A stretch of 64,000 nt of DNA, taken from contig CAWHAA010000010.1 in the NCBI GenBank assembly GCA_963827275.1, positions 96,001 through 160,000 of the forward strand, written 5' to 3'. Below the pieces are notes generated by a model. The model searched no databases. It was not told where the DNA came from and saw only the letters and a list, made by a program, of their open reading frames with translations. Positions 48,190 through 57,664 of this stretch are shown here, piece by piece (within the stretch, counting starts at the first letter, position 1; every line of letters begins with the position of its first letter). A program made the position numbers and the translations under genes. Source of the stretch: an uncultured Spirochaetota bacterium (lineage in GTDB: Bacteria; Spirochaetota; UBA4802; UBA5550).

Positions 48190-48371
48190 TGTCCCGTCCC
48201 TGTCTTCGTGGTGTATCAGGAACCGCGCCCGTAAGCGCCGCCCGGCTCCTCTGGTGATTAAATAGTAGAATTATATATGCTGAAATTGGCAAGTGATAAT
48301 TCAATAATAATAATGGAATCGTACATTTTTTTTATTCAAATTGAAACAGGAAATCATTCATGATATTCTTT

Positions 48372-48400
48372 TTGACAAAAATTATCGTATGCCCTAAAAT
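48372..48400 (+). promoter_or_regulatory. sigma70 promoter of yjbQ-tatD
   Basis: TTGACA-17 nt-TAAAAT. Confidence 0.7.
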
Positions 48401-48443
48401 ACATATTAATAAAATTACTCAGGGAAATACCGGGAGCGCCGCC

Positions 48444-48863
48444 ATGAAGTCATTGACAGAACACCTCGTATTCAACACGAAAACCCGAAGGGAATATATC
48501 AACATTACCGATACGGTGGAAAAGCTGGTGAAAAAAAGCGGCGTCATGGAAGGCCTCTGCCTCGTGAACGCCATGCATATCACCGCGTCGGTATACATCA
48601 ACGACGCGGAGAGCGGCCTTCTCCGCGACTTCGATGATTTCCTTGAACGCCTTGCGCCGCACGAACCGGTGTCCGGCTATCGCCACAACAGAACGGGCGA
48701 GGACAACGGCGACGCACATATCAAGAGGACCATCATGGGCAGGGAAGTGGTCGTTGCGATCACCGCCGGCAAGCTCGATTTCGGCCCCTGGGAGCAGATC
48801 TATTACGGCGAATTCGACGGCGGCCGCCCGAAGCGGGTGCTGGTCAAAATAATAGGGGAATGA
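48444..48863 (+). CDS. yjbQ: YjbQ family (secondary thiamine-phosphate synthase)
   Basis: [31 protein letters not shown]. Confidence 0.93.
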   Translation: MKSLTEHLVFNTKTRREYINITDTVEKLVKKSGVMEGLCLVNAMHITASVYINDAESGLLRDFDDFLERLAPHEPVSGYRHNRTGEDNGDAHIKRTIMGREVVVAITAGKLDFGPWEQIYYGEFDGGRPKRVLVKIIGE

Positions 48864-48866
48864 TCC

Positions 48867-49637
48867 ATGCGGATCGTTGATGCGCACTGCCACCTTGAAA
48901 GCGGACATTTCAGCCGGGACCTTGACGGCATCATGGCGCTCGCGCGCGGCGCAGGCATCGTGAAGCTGATCACCGCATCAATCGAGCCGGGGCAGTGGCC
49001 GCAATCGAGGGAGCTGGCACGGCGCTACCCTGAAATTGAATTCGCCATGGGAATACATCCCTGGTATATCAGGAAGGAGTATAGCGGCGATATTCCCGCG
49101 CTTGCCGGGGCGAAAGCCCTCGGCGCGGCTGCCATCGGTGAGATTGGGCTGGACAGGAAGAGCGAAATCGTCCCCTTCGATCTTCAAACGGTTTTTTTCG
49201 AGCAGCAGCTCGCCATCGCGCGCGAGACCGGCCTGCCGGTGGTCATTCACTGCCGGGGGGCCTTCAACGAGCTGCTCCTCTCCCTGAAGCGGGTCGGCCC
49301 CCCCGCGGCGGGCGGCATCATACATTCCTTTTCCGGGAGCCCGGAGCTGGCCGAAGATCTCATGCGGTACGGGCTGAGCTTCTCCATGGGGGGCACCCTT
49401 ACCTTCCACAACAGCAAAAAAAGAGCGGCCGTGCTCAAGAAAATCTATCCCGGGCACTTCCTGTTGGAGACAGACAGCCCGGACATCCCGCCCGTGCAAA
49501 AGCATGGCGAGATAAACTATCCCCACTATATAACGTACAATCTCCAGGCGGCGGCTGAAATCATGGGGGAATCGATCGAGGCGGTCGCGGAGCAGACGAC
49601 GGGAAACGCCGCGCGCATTTTCAGTCTGAAATTATGA
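48867..49637 (+). CDS. tatD: TatD family hydrolase
   Basis: DAHCHL, GIHPW, IGEIGLD, IHCR, HSFSG, LETDSP. Confidence 0.95.
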   Translation: MRIVDAHCHLESGHFSRDLDGIMALARGAGIVKLITASIEPGQWPQSRELARRYPEIEFAMGIHPWYIRKEYSGDIPALAGAKALGAAAIGEIGLDRKSEIVPFDLQTVFFEQQLAIARETGLPVVIHCRGAFNELLLSLKRVGPPAAGGIIHSFSGSPELAEDLMRYGLSFSMGGTLTFHNSKKRAAVLKKIYPGHFLLETDSPDIPPVQKHGEINYPHYITYNLQAAAEIMGESIEAVAEQTTGNAARIFSLKL

Positions 49638-49667
49638 AACCCACCCGCCGTGCCGGCGGGGACGGCG

Positions 49668-50990
49668 TCAGTTCCTGCCTATTGAATAATATGAGAAGCC
49701 CATCTCCTTCATCTTCTCCGGTTCGTACTGGTTCCTGCCGTCGAAAATGACAGGGGCCTTCATAAGGGACTTCATCTTGTCGAAATCAGGTTTTCTGAAA
49801 TGGTGCCATTCGGTCAGGAGCAGCAGCGCGTCCACCCCCTTGAGCGCGTCGTAGTTGTTCTTGACGTACTCAATTCTCTCGTCGCCGATCATCCTGCGCG
49901 CGTTTTCGACCGCGATCGGGTCATAGGCCTTGAAGGAAGCCCCGCGCGTGCGGAGCCCGTTTATGATGTCGATGGCAGGGGCCTCGCGCATGTCATCGGT
50001 CTGCGGCTTGAACGCCAGGCCCCATACGGCGAAGGTTTTGCCGGCGAGGTTCTCGCCCATGTGCTTGATTACCCGGTCGACAAAATAGGCGCGCTGGAGC
50101 TTATTGACGGACTCGACTGCCGAAAGTATCCGGGCCTCGAAGCCGTAATCCTTGAGCGTGTATATAAGCGCCTTGACGTCTTTCGGGAAGCAGGAACCGC
50201 CGTACCCGATCCCGCCGTACAGAAACGCGTTCCCGATCCTGCTGTCGGAGCCGATGCCGCGCCGGACGCTCTCTATGTCGGCGCCGGTCACCTCGCAGAG
50301 GTGGGCCAGCTCGTTCATGAAGCTGATCCGCGTGGCAAGCATCGCGTTGGCCGCGTATTTCGTCAGCTCCGCCGAGGGTATGTCCATCAGCATCACCCGG
50401 TCGCCCTTGCGCACGAAGGTGGAATAGAGGTCGCGCATATGCTCCGCGGCCCGCTCGTTATCGGCGCCGATGATGACGCGGTCGGGCCGTATAAAGTCCT
50501 CAACCGCGTTTCCCTCCTTGAGGAACTCCGGGTTCGATACGACGTCAAACGCAACGTCGGTCCTGCCCCGCTTCTCAAGCTCTTCACGGACCGCCTGGCG
50601 CACCTTTTCCGCGGTGCCGACCGGGACGGTTGATTTATCGACGATGATCAGGTATTTTTCCATGCACCTGCCGATCTGCCGCGCGACCTCGATAACATGC
50701 TGCAGGTCAGCGGAGCCGTCCTCATCGGACGGCGTCCCGACCGCGATGAAGGCGTACAGGGATTCTTTGATCCCCTCGGTCAGGTTCGTGGTGAACCTCA
50801 AACGGCCTTCAGCATAATTCCGTTTAACCATCTCCTCCAGGCCCGGCTCGAATATCGGCAGTATGCCCTTCTTCAGGTCCTGGATCTTCTTCTCGTCTAT
50901 GTCGATGCACCAGACGTCGTTGCCCATGTCGGCAAAGCAGGTCCCGGTAACGAGGCCGACATACCCGGTGCCGATAACTGATAGTTTCAT
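49668..50990 (-). CDS. ugd: UDP-glucose 6-dehydrogenase
   Basis: GTGYVGL, KSTVPVGT, SNPEFLKEG, GYGGSCFPKD, AFKPQTDDMRE, DGRN. Confidence 0.95.
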   Translation of the reverse strand: MKLSVIGTGYVGLVTGTCFADMGNDVWCIDIDEKKIQDLKKGILPIFEPGLEEMVKRNYAEGRLRFTTNLTEGIKESLYAFIAVGTPSDEDGSADLQHVIEVARQIGRCMEKYLIIVDKSTVPVGTAEKVRQAVREELEKRGRTDVAFDVVSNPEFLKEGNAVEDFIRPDRVIIGADNERAAEHMRDLYSTFVRKGDRVMLMDIPSAELTKYAANAMLATRISFMNELAHLCEVTGADIESVRRGIGSDSRIGNAFLYGGIGYGGSCFPKDVKALIYTLKDYGFEARILSAVESVNKLQRAYFVDRVIKHMGENLAGKTFAVWGLAFKPQTDDMREAPAIDIINGLRTRGASFKAYDPIAVENARRMIGDERIEYVKNNYDALKGVDALLLLTEWHHFRKPDFDKMKSLMKAPVIFDGRNQYEPEKMKEMGFSYYSIGRN

Positions 50991-51206
50991 TTTAATCTCC
51001 GGAAAAATTATTAAATCATGGAACGCCGAATTATGACGTGTGATAATTGCTGACCGCAATTCGCACGGCGCGTCCCGCGCAGGTACGATTTACAGAATAA
51101 GATAAAAAGTTTTCCGCCGTTACGTGTCAACACATTAATATTATTTAACCGGGACGGAAGCATGATCGACCCGCCGATGACCATGCCGGCCCGGCATGAA
51201 TACAGA

Positions 51207-51233
51207 AAATGCCGCTTTTTCAGGGCGGCATTT
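51207..51233 (-). terminator. intrinsic terminator downstream of the fcpB-like gene
   Basis: Stem aaatgccgc / gcggcattt; on the minus strand it ends in a T-rich run. Confidence 0.7.
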
Positions 51234-51262
51234 GCTTTGCTGATGTCCCGGCAAGACGCCAG

Positions 51263-51958
51263 TTAATATTTTTTCGATCTTTTGAGAAATTCGTTCATCC
51301 CCGCTTCGGAATCCTTGAATCCCTTCATGTACGACTCGGCTATGAACAGCATCGAGCTCAGGAAGTAGGTCATGTGCGGAACGAGGAAATCGCGCTTCAG
51401 ATCATTTCGGATGGCATAGGCCGTGGAATTTTTCACATCCCCGAGCTTCTTGTTCTCAAGGTAGAGCTTCCCGTTGACCGCGTGAGTGAAGACCACATCA
51501 TCGGTGTTTTCCGTTGTCGGGCTCGGATCGATGATCCGCACGATGTTCGTGGTGCCGGCCCAGTAATTGTGGTCGTATATCTCGGATTCTATCTTTGAAA
51601 TCGACTGGCCGTTGGTGTATATTTTTATTTTTTTACTCTGTACGCCGACGATGTCTTTCTCGAAAATTTCTTCCTTGATGAAGCTGTACTTGTTGATTTC
51701 TATGAAATCATCACCCTGCACGAAGGTCGTCTGGTACGGGATCACCCTGATATCGGTGGCCTTCAGCAGATTATATTTTTTTATCACATCCGCCATCTTG
51801 TTCGCAAGGGTGGCGATCTGCGCATCCAGATTCTTCCCGCGCTGGTCAATCTGTTCGGACGTCAGCTTATATTTTTGCTCCTCCGCCTTCTTCTCCTGGG
51901 CGGCGGAGACCGCAATCATCAGCAGCATGCCCGCAAGAACCAGAAGCCCCTTTTTCAT
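51263..51958 (-). CDS. fcpB: FcpB-like periplasmic flagellar sheath (coiling) protein
   Basis: Signal peptide, RBS ggagg. LD..I..L, IRVIPYQT, ISKIES.IY..N, D.SP, L..V.N....IRN.LK..F...H and C-terminal LK.S..Y match Leptospira FcpB as I recall it. Confidence 0.65.
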   Translation of the reverse strand: MKKGLLVLAGMLLMIAVSAAQEKKAEEQKYKLTSEQIDQRGKNLDAQIATLANKMADVIKKYNLLKATDIRVIPYQTTFVQGDDFIEINKYSFIKEEIFEKDIVGVQSKKIKIYTNGQSISKIESEIYDHNYWAGTTNIVRIIDPSPTTENTDDVVFTHAVNGKLYLENKKLGDVKNSTAYAIRNDLKRDFLVPHMTYFLSSMLFIAESYMKGFKDSEAGMNEFLKRSKKY

Positions 51959-52159
51959 TATGTCCTCCAACATGAGAGAATTGATGCCGCATGCCCCGTG
52001 TAAACGGCCGCATGAAAGCGCACCGGTCCAATTAATATAGTATTTCATTTTTATTTTCGGTGAGGGCAAGGCTTTTTCTGTAGTTTTTTTATATTTTTCT
52101 TGATTTTATCCCCTTCAACCGGATGAATATCACCGCACGTAATGCCAGGGACGATAACC

Positions 52160-53113
52160 ATGCACAGAGTTCTGATAGTCGATTATTCTTCCTATAAGGA
52201 CGCCATCGCCGCGATGTTCAGCGAGGGCGGGTACCAGGTTGACCTGTGCGAATCGGCCTTTGACGCCATGAAGAAGCTGAATGCCCTCGAGTATGACCTC
52301 GTGGTTTCGGAAGTCGAGCTGCCCGGCGACAATGCCTTTGACCTGTACCACTACATAGCGAGCACCTATCCCTACATCCCCGCGATCATGACCACTGAAA
52401 AGAATATCGACACGTTTTTCGATATGATCTTCGAACAGGGCATCGGCAATGTCCTGTGCAAGCCGATTAAAAAAGACGAGGTGCTGAACCTGGCCGACAA
52501 GCTGATAAATAAAACCAATATTTTCGGCATCGGCAACTATCTCCCCGGCACCATCGAAACGAAGAGGATACGCATCAGCAATTCACGGCAGATAAAGAAC
52601 GCGATAGCCGCCATCATTGAGCAGGTCCAGGCGTGGGGCTTCACGGTCGGGAACAGGTACACGCTGAACCTCATCCTCAACGAAATGACGATAAACGCGG
52701 TATACCATTCCCACGGCCTGACCAACGAGAAAAAAGAGCGCATCGCCGTGCGTCTCCAGGAGGGAGAATACGTTGACATGTTCTTCGCCCGGTCGCGCGA
52801 CAGGTACGGCATCGCCATCAACGACTACAACGGCAATCTCACAAAGATGAAGATACTGGACAGCATCAACAAAGTGATTGAGCAGAACGAGCTGCTGGTC
52901 CAGGCGTCGGAAAACGGCGCGGACGTTTCGGAATTCATCTCGGAGACCGGGCGCGGCATCGACCTGGTAAGGAAGCTCGCCGGGGAGTATTATTTCATCA
53001 TACAGAAGGACGTGCGCACGGAGATCATCCTCCTTTTCGATGCGCAGGCCGGTGAAAGCGCAGGACCGGGACATTCCTCCCTGAAAATCATCGAGGCCGT
53101 CGCGAAGGAATGA
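52160..53113 (+). CDS. atypical receiver domain + HATPase_c (RsbW-like) domain protein
   Basis: RVLIVD..YDLVVSEVELPG..LCKP; then NEMTINAVYH, NDYNG, GRGIDLV. Confidence 0.82.
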   Translation: MHRVLIVDYSSYKDAIAAMFSEGGYQVDLCESAFDAMKKLNALEYDLVVSEVELPGDNAFDLYHYIASTYPYIPAIMTTEKNIDTFFDMIFEQGIGNVLCKPIKKDEVLNLADKLINKTNIFGIGNYLPGTIETKRIRISNSRQIKNAIAAIIEQVQAWGFTVGNRYTLNLILNEMTINAVYHSHGLTNEKKERIAVRLQEGEYVDMFFARSRDRYGIAINDYNGNLTKMKILDSINKVIEQNELLVQASENGADVSEFISETGRGIDLVRKLAGEYYFIIQKDVRTEIILLFDAQAGESAGPGHSSLKIIEAVAKE

Positions 53114-53122
53114 CCGCGCCGC

Positions 53123-54544
53123 CTATCGCTTCATGACCGCGTTCAGCGCCGATCCGACCAGCAGCGACACGCTGAAACCGATCGGCACGAACCATGGCCA
53201 GAACAGATCGCAGCCGAAAAACACCCCCAGGACCGAGGCGATGCTCGCCGCCACTCCGGCGATAGCGGCGCGGTCGCTGAAGTTCCTGAAAAGCGCCCCC
53301 TGGATGAATATCCCCAGCATCCCGCCGTAGGTAATCGACGCGATGCTCAGCCCGAGCTCCACGAGCGGGCTTTTCGTGTTCTGCAGGAAAAAAGCGATGC
53401 CCATCATCACGCAGGACCATGCCAGCGAGATGCAGCGCGAGACCAGGAGCCTGCGCCGGTCCGTCATGTCCCTTTCCGGAAGCCGGAGGATGTCCATCAC
53501 CGTCGATGACGATATGGAGTTGATCGACGCGCTGATGGTGGACATCGCGGCGGCGAAAATCCCCGCCAGCATCAGCCCCTTGATCCCCGGGGGAACATGA
53601 TGTATGATGAAATAGGGCATGATGGTGTCGGGGATATCGAACGTTTTACCGCCGAGGAGGACGTATATGAAAAGCCCCAGGACAAGGAAGAGCCCAAACT
53701 GTATAAACACCAGGAGGCCGCTCCATATCATCGCCTTGCGGGCGGCGGCCAGGTTGCGGCAGGAAAGAATGCGCTGCACGATCAGGTGATCGGTGCCATG
53801 GGAGGCGAAGGAAAGGATCGCGCCGCCGATGATCCCGGAAAAGATATTGTACGACCCGAACACGCCGCGCCATCCCCCCGACATGCCGGTCGAGAACAGC
53901 TCCCTCCCCGCTTCAGGGACCGAGCGGTACACCTCCAGGACCGGCATGCCGAGGATATGGGAGATAACGAAGATCCCCGCGACGGCGCTTACCAGGTAAA
54001 CGCCCAGCTGTATGGAATCGGTGATCGCCACCGACCGTATGCCGCCGTAGAGCGTGTACACGAAGGTCGTGAGGCCGACGATCAGTATGGCCGGCCAGTA
54101 GCTGTCAAAGCCCATGAGGAGGGAGAGCGGGATGGCGGTCGCGAACAGACGGATGGAATCAGCGAGGAGCCGGGTGACATGGAATACGACGGCCATGATG
54201 CGCCTGCTCGAAAGACCGAAGCGGCTCTGCAAAAACTCGTACGCGGTCTCCAGGTTGCCGGCGAAATACCGCGGTAGGAGCACGGCGGCGACGAGGACCC
54301 GGCCCAGGACGTACCCGAGGGCCACCTGCATGAATCCCAGATTTGAGATGTATGCCAGCCCCGGTATCGATATGAAAGTGAGGGAGCTCGTTTCTGTCGC
54401 CACTATAGAAAAGCAGGCGATCGGCCAGGGGATCGTCCTGTTGCCGAGAAAGTAGTCGTTGATTGAGCCGACCCTGGCGCACGCTATGCCGATGACATTG
54501 ATGGCCAGCATGTAGACGATTATCACCGCGATATCAATCGTCAT
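53123..54544 (-). CDS. sodium:solute symporter
   Basis: DYFLGNR, SIVATETS..TFISIPG, YE.L..RFG, GG..SV..TD..Q, AAAMST; ATGA overlap with namZ. Confidence 0.92.
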   Translation of the reverse strand: MTIDIAVIIVYMLAINVIGIACARVGSINDYFLGNRTIPWPIACFSIVATETSSLTFISIPGLAYISNLGFMQVALGYVLGRVLVAAVLLPRYFAGNLETAYEFLQSRFGLSSRRIMAVVFHVTRLLADSIRLFATAIPLSLLMGFDSYWPAILIVGLTTFVYTLYGGIRSVAITDSIQLGVYLVSAVAGIFVISHILGMPVLEVYRSVPEAGRELFSTGMSGGWRGVFGSYNIFSGIIGGAILSFASHGTDHLIVQRILSCRNLAAARKAMIWSGLLVFIQFGLFLVLGLFIYVLLGGKTFDIPDTIMPYFIIHHVPPGIKGLMLAGIFAAAMSTISASINSISSSTVMDILRLPERDMTDRRRLLVSRCISLAWSCVMMGIAFFLQNTKSPLVELGLSIASITYGGMLGIFIQGALFRNFSDRAAIAGVAASIASVLGVFFGCDLFWPWFVPIGFSVSLLVGSALNAVMKR

Positions 54545-55710
54545 GCGCGGGTCCCGTATATGCGGTATTCTTCGGTGATACCGGCGAAGACTTTTTCCTC
54601 CTTGCTCCATCCATCGGCGATGCGCTCGAAGGGCGCCCCGTTGATGATCATCTCACGGATAGCCGCGCTGCCGGTCAGAAGGTCAAAGGCGGGGTGGGCG
54701 GTATTGAACTCGTACACCCCGTCCAGGAAACGGAAACCGGGCACGATATCATAGAGGGTGCGCACCATGGCGACGCCGGTGTAAAACGGCCTGAAGCCGG
54801 CCGCGTCCGTTACATGGATGCCGACACCGCCGATCGTCTCGTCCCGATACTTGTTGAAGGTCGGCCGGAACCAGAGCGGACGGAAGCGCACGCCCGGCAG
54901 GCCGAGTCCATTGAGCGCCTCTGCGGCACTGCGGGGCTCGAGCCCCGGCGCCCCGATCACCTCGAACGGCGTGGTGGTGCCCCTGCCCTCGGACACGCTC
55001 GTGCCTTCAAAAAGGCAGGTGCCGGGATACACGAGCGCCGTGGCCGGCGTGGGCATGTTCGGCGACGGGGGCACCCACGGCAGGCCGGTTTCACGGTATG
55101 ACATCTTCCTCCGCCAGCCCGTCATCTCGATTATCGTGAGGTTCACGTCCAGCTTGAAGTAGTCAGCGGCGAGACGCGCCAGCTCGCCGGCGGTGAGGCC
55201 GTGCCGCACCGCTACCGGGAGCGCCCCCACGAAGGAGTCGAACCCCTTCTTTAACACCGGGCCTTCCACCAGGAGCCCGCCGAGGGGATTGGGCCTGTCA
55301 AGCACGATGAATTCGATATCACGCCCGCTGAGGGCCTTCATGAAATATACCATGGTATTGACATAGGTGTAATATCGCGCCCCCACGTCCTGGATATCGA
55401 ACAGTACGCAGTCTATGTCATGGAGGTGTCCTTCGACCGGGGCCAGGGTTTCGAACGATTCGCCGTACAGGCTTACGATATCAAACGGCAGGCCGGCGGC
55501 GGTTGAGACCGGCACCTGGTCCTGCTCGGTGCCGAAGAGGCCATGCTCGGGGGAAAATATCTTTACAACTGCAGCGCCCGAGGCGGGGAGGAGGTCCCAG
55601 CTGTATCGAAGTTCTCTGTCAACCGATGTATGATTGGCAATGATGCCGATCCGCCTGTTCCTGACATGGTCGATCCGCGCCAGGAGCCGTTCCAATCCGG
55701 TTGTTACCAT
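54541..55710 (-). CDS. namZ: exo-beta-N-acetylmuramidase NamZ (DUF1343)
   Basis: FSPEHG, SLYG, FDIQDVGARYYTY, LDRPNP, RHGLT.GE, PSPNMP, SEGRGT..PFE. Confidence 0.93.
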   Translation of the reverse strand: MVTTGLERLLARIDHVRNRRIGIIANHTSVDRELRYSWDLLPASGAAVVKIFSPEHGLFGTEQDQVPVSTAAGLPFDIVSLYGESFETLAPVEGHLHDIDCVLFDIQDVGARYYTYVNTMVYFMKALSGRDIEFIVLDRPNPLGGLLVEGPVLKKGFDSFVGALPVAVRHGLTAGELARLAADYFKLDVNLTIIEMTGWRRKMSYRETGLPWVPPSPNMPTPATALVYPGTCLFEGTSVSEGRGTTTPFEVIGAPGLEPRSAAEALNGLGLPGVRFRPLWFRPTFNKYRDETIGGVGIHVTDAAGFRPFYTGVAMVRTLYDIVPGFRFLDGVYEFNTAHPAFDLLTGSAAIREMIINGAPFERIADGWSKEEKVFAGITEEYRIYGTRA

Positions 55711-55756
55711 GGGCCCCGCATGCAATCATGAAATAGGTACGCGACGCGCACCGCTG

Positions 55757-56107
55757 TTATTGTTCGATTGTGCCGTTCGGCGTGACTTTGTCAATGAGCT
55801 TCGGCAGCAGGTCTTTCAGGATCACCGCCGTCTGTTCGGAGGAGAGGCCCGCCATCTCCGCGATTTCTGAAATCTTGCCGGAGCCAAGGACTTTCTGGAT
55901 GTTTGCGGCGGTGATAGGCTTGTTGGCGCCCTTGCTGATCCAGGATTTGACGACTTCTTCCAGCTCGCCGCCTTTGACGCCTTCGAGTATGGTGCGCATC
56001 CCGTCGCCCTTGAGCAGTTCGGCCACGCCGTTGACAAGGCTCTGGTTCACGCCCATTTCCCTGCCTATCGCGGCGGCGGCATCGACAACAGCGTCAAACA
56101 ATCCCAT
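55757..56107 (-). CDS. YidB (DUF937) family protein
   Basis: V.SWIS.G.N.PI, LP.LIDK.TP.G. Confidence 0.88.
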   Translation of the reverse strand: MGLFDAVVDAAAAIGREMGVNQSLVNGVAELLKGDGMRTILEGVKGGELEEVVKSWISKGANKPITAANIQKVLGSGKISEIAEMAGLSSEQTAVILKDLLPKLIDKVTPNGTIEQ

Positions 56108-56233
56108 GGCAAGCCCCCCTTGCTGAATATGTCCGTCATGCAGCGTCCCGCGCGCGAATTATTATGCCGGCAACAATGCAGGGCACCGGCCCGGCATAAT
56201 ACTTTCGGTGCGGGTCCCTCGCCGCACCACGCG

Positions 56234-56437
56234 TTAATCCGTGTACTTGAATGACACCCGCAGCTTGATCCGGTATATGAGCCTGCCATCGTCCACGCTG
56301 ATGTCCATCTCTTTCACTTCTGCGACACGGATGTCCTTAAGCGCTTTCGATGCGGTCTCTATCGCGTTCCGGGCCGCGTCTTCCCACGACTTATCGCTGG
56401 TCCCGATTATCTCAATGACCTTGTATACGCTGTTCAT
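56234..56437 (-). CDS. dodecin family flavin-binding protein
   Basis: VYKVIEIIGTS..SWEDAA..A...A, Y.....SFKY. Confidence 0.9.
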   Translation of the reverse strand: MNSVYKVIEIIGTSDKSWEDAARNAIETASKALKDIRVAEVKEMDISVDDGRLIYRIKLRVSFKYTD

Positions 56438-56617
56438 CTACGTCCTCCCTCCGGATGCACGGATTGTCCGGCATGCGGAAATAAATTGATATAGTTGACC
56501 TCATCCGAGGTTAATTTCAAGTATTTTTTCACGCACCTCATTATTATGCTCCCCCGCTCCGCCGGCGATGCGGGAAAGCCATTCAGCCAGGTAACCGACC
56601 GGCGGGCCGTTCCCGGT

Positions 56618-56875
56618 CTACAGCTTTACGAGATACACCACGTCATGCTCACGGACCCGGTCTTTCACCTTGATCCCGATAGACGAGCCTTTTTCCGCGA
56701 CGCTCACCGTTGCGTGCTCGATCTGCATCGATTCGATCTGCTGCTGGAAATCCGTGCTGTGGCCATGGATCCGGATGGTATCGCCAACCTTGAGAGACCC
56801 GTCGGTCAGCTCGATGGCCGCAACGTTCGGCTTGGCGAAGTACTTGACGATGATGCCTATCTTTGTTTCTTCCAT
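56618..56875 (-). CDS. translation elongation factor-like beta-barrel protein
   Basis: IG....YF....VA..EL..G.LKVGD.I.I.G..TDF.Q.I.SMQ...G.KV...VR..D.VY; RBS aggagg. Confidence 0.82.
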   Translation of the reverse strand: MEETKIGIIVKYFAKPNVAAIELTDGSLKVGDTIRIHGHSTDFQQQIESMQIEHATVSVAEKGSSIGIKVKDRVREHDVVYLVKL

Positions 56876-57037
56876 GATAACCTCCTGGATGGCTCCGGAC
56901 AAAGAGTACAAAACCGGCGGATTATACGTCAAGAAAATTAAAAAATATTATCACCGGCATGCAAAAAGAGAGTTTCAAGGCCGCATACCGCAAATATATG
57001 ATTGACCGGGCGCACTCTGCCAATGCAGAGTAGAGGC

Positions 57038-57637
57038 ATGATTCGTGCCGGTATAGTTAAAAAAAGGGTCTTCTGCGCCGCTGCGGCAGCGGCGCTGGCG
57101 CTTCTCTGCGTTGACTGCCGCAGGTATTACATCAAGAGCCTGCTGATCGGCAAACGGCTTGAGGGGGCCAATTTCTCCGGGATGGACTTCTACAACTTGA
57201 ATTTACAGAAGGCCAATTTGTCGAAGGCGAAGCTCGTCAGGACCAATTTCAGTTTTTCCAACCTCGCTGGCTCGAAATTCATAAACGCCGACCTGAGAAA
57301 CGCGGACCTGAGCGGGACCAACCTGTCCGGGGCAGACCTGCGCGGCGCCAACCTCAGGAACGCTGACCTCCGCAACGCGATCATGAAGAACGCCAACCTG
57401 GTTGACGCCTATTGTTACGGGGCAGACCTGAGCGGCGCCGATCTCAGGGGCGCCCTCCTGGCAACCGGCCGCGCCGAGGTTCCGGGGACGGCCCCGGCGC
57501 CCGGAGGGACCGGGTGGTCATACTATGTCCACTTGAGAAACGCCGATTGCGCCGGGACTGCGATCAGCGTCACGATGAAAGATTTCATCAAACGACAGGA
57601 AGTTAAAAACTTCAATAAGATCATATGGGCGAAATGA
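57038..57637 (+). CDS. pentapeptide repeat protein, probably exported
   Basis: Tandem A(D/N)Lxx repeats; hydrophobic N-terminus. Confidence 0.88.
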   Translation: MIRAGIVKKRVFCAAAAAALALLCVDCRRYYIKSLLIGKRLEGANFSGMDFYNLNLQKANLSKAKLVRTNFSFSNLAGSKFINADLRNADLSGTNLSGADLRGANLRNADLRNAIMKNANLVDAYCYGADLSGADLRGALLATGRAEVPGTAPAPGGTGWSYYVHLRNADCAGTAISVTMKDFIKRQEVKNFNKIIWAK

Positions 57638-57664
57638 TCCCGCGAGGACCGGCACCCATCACCG

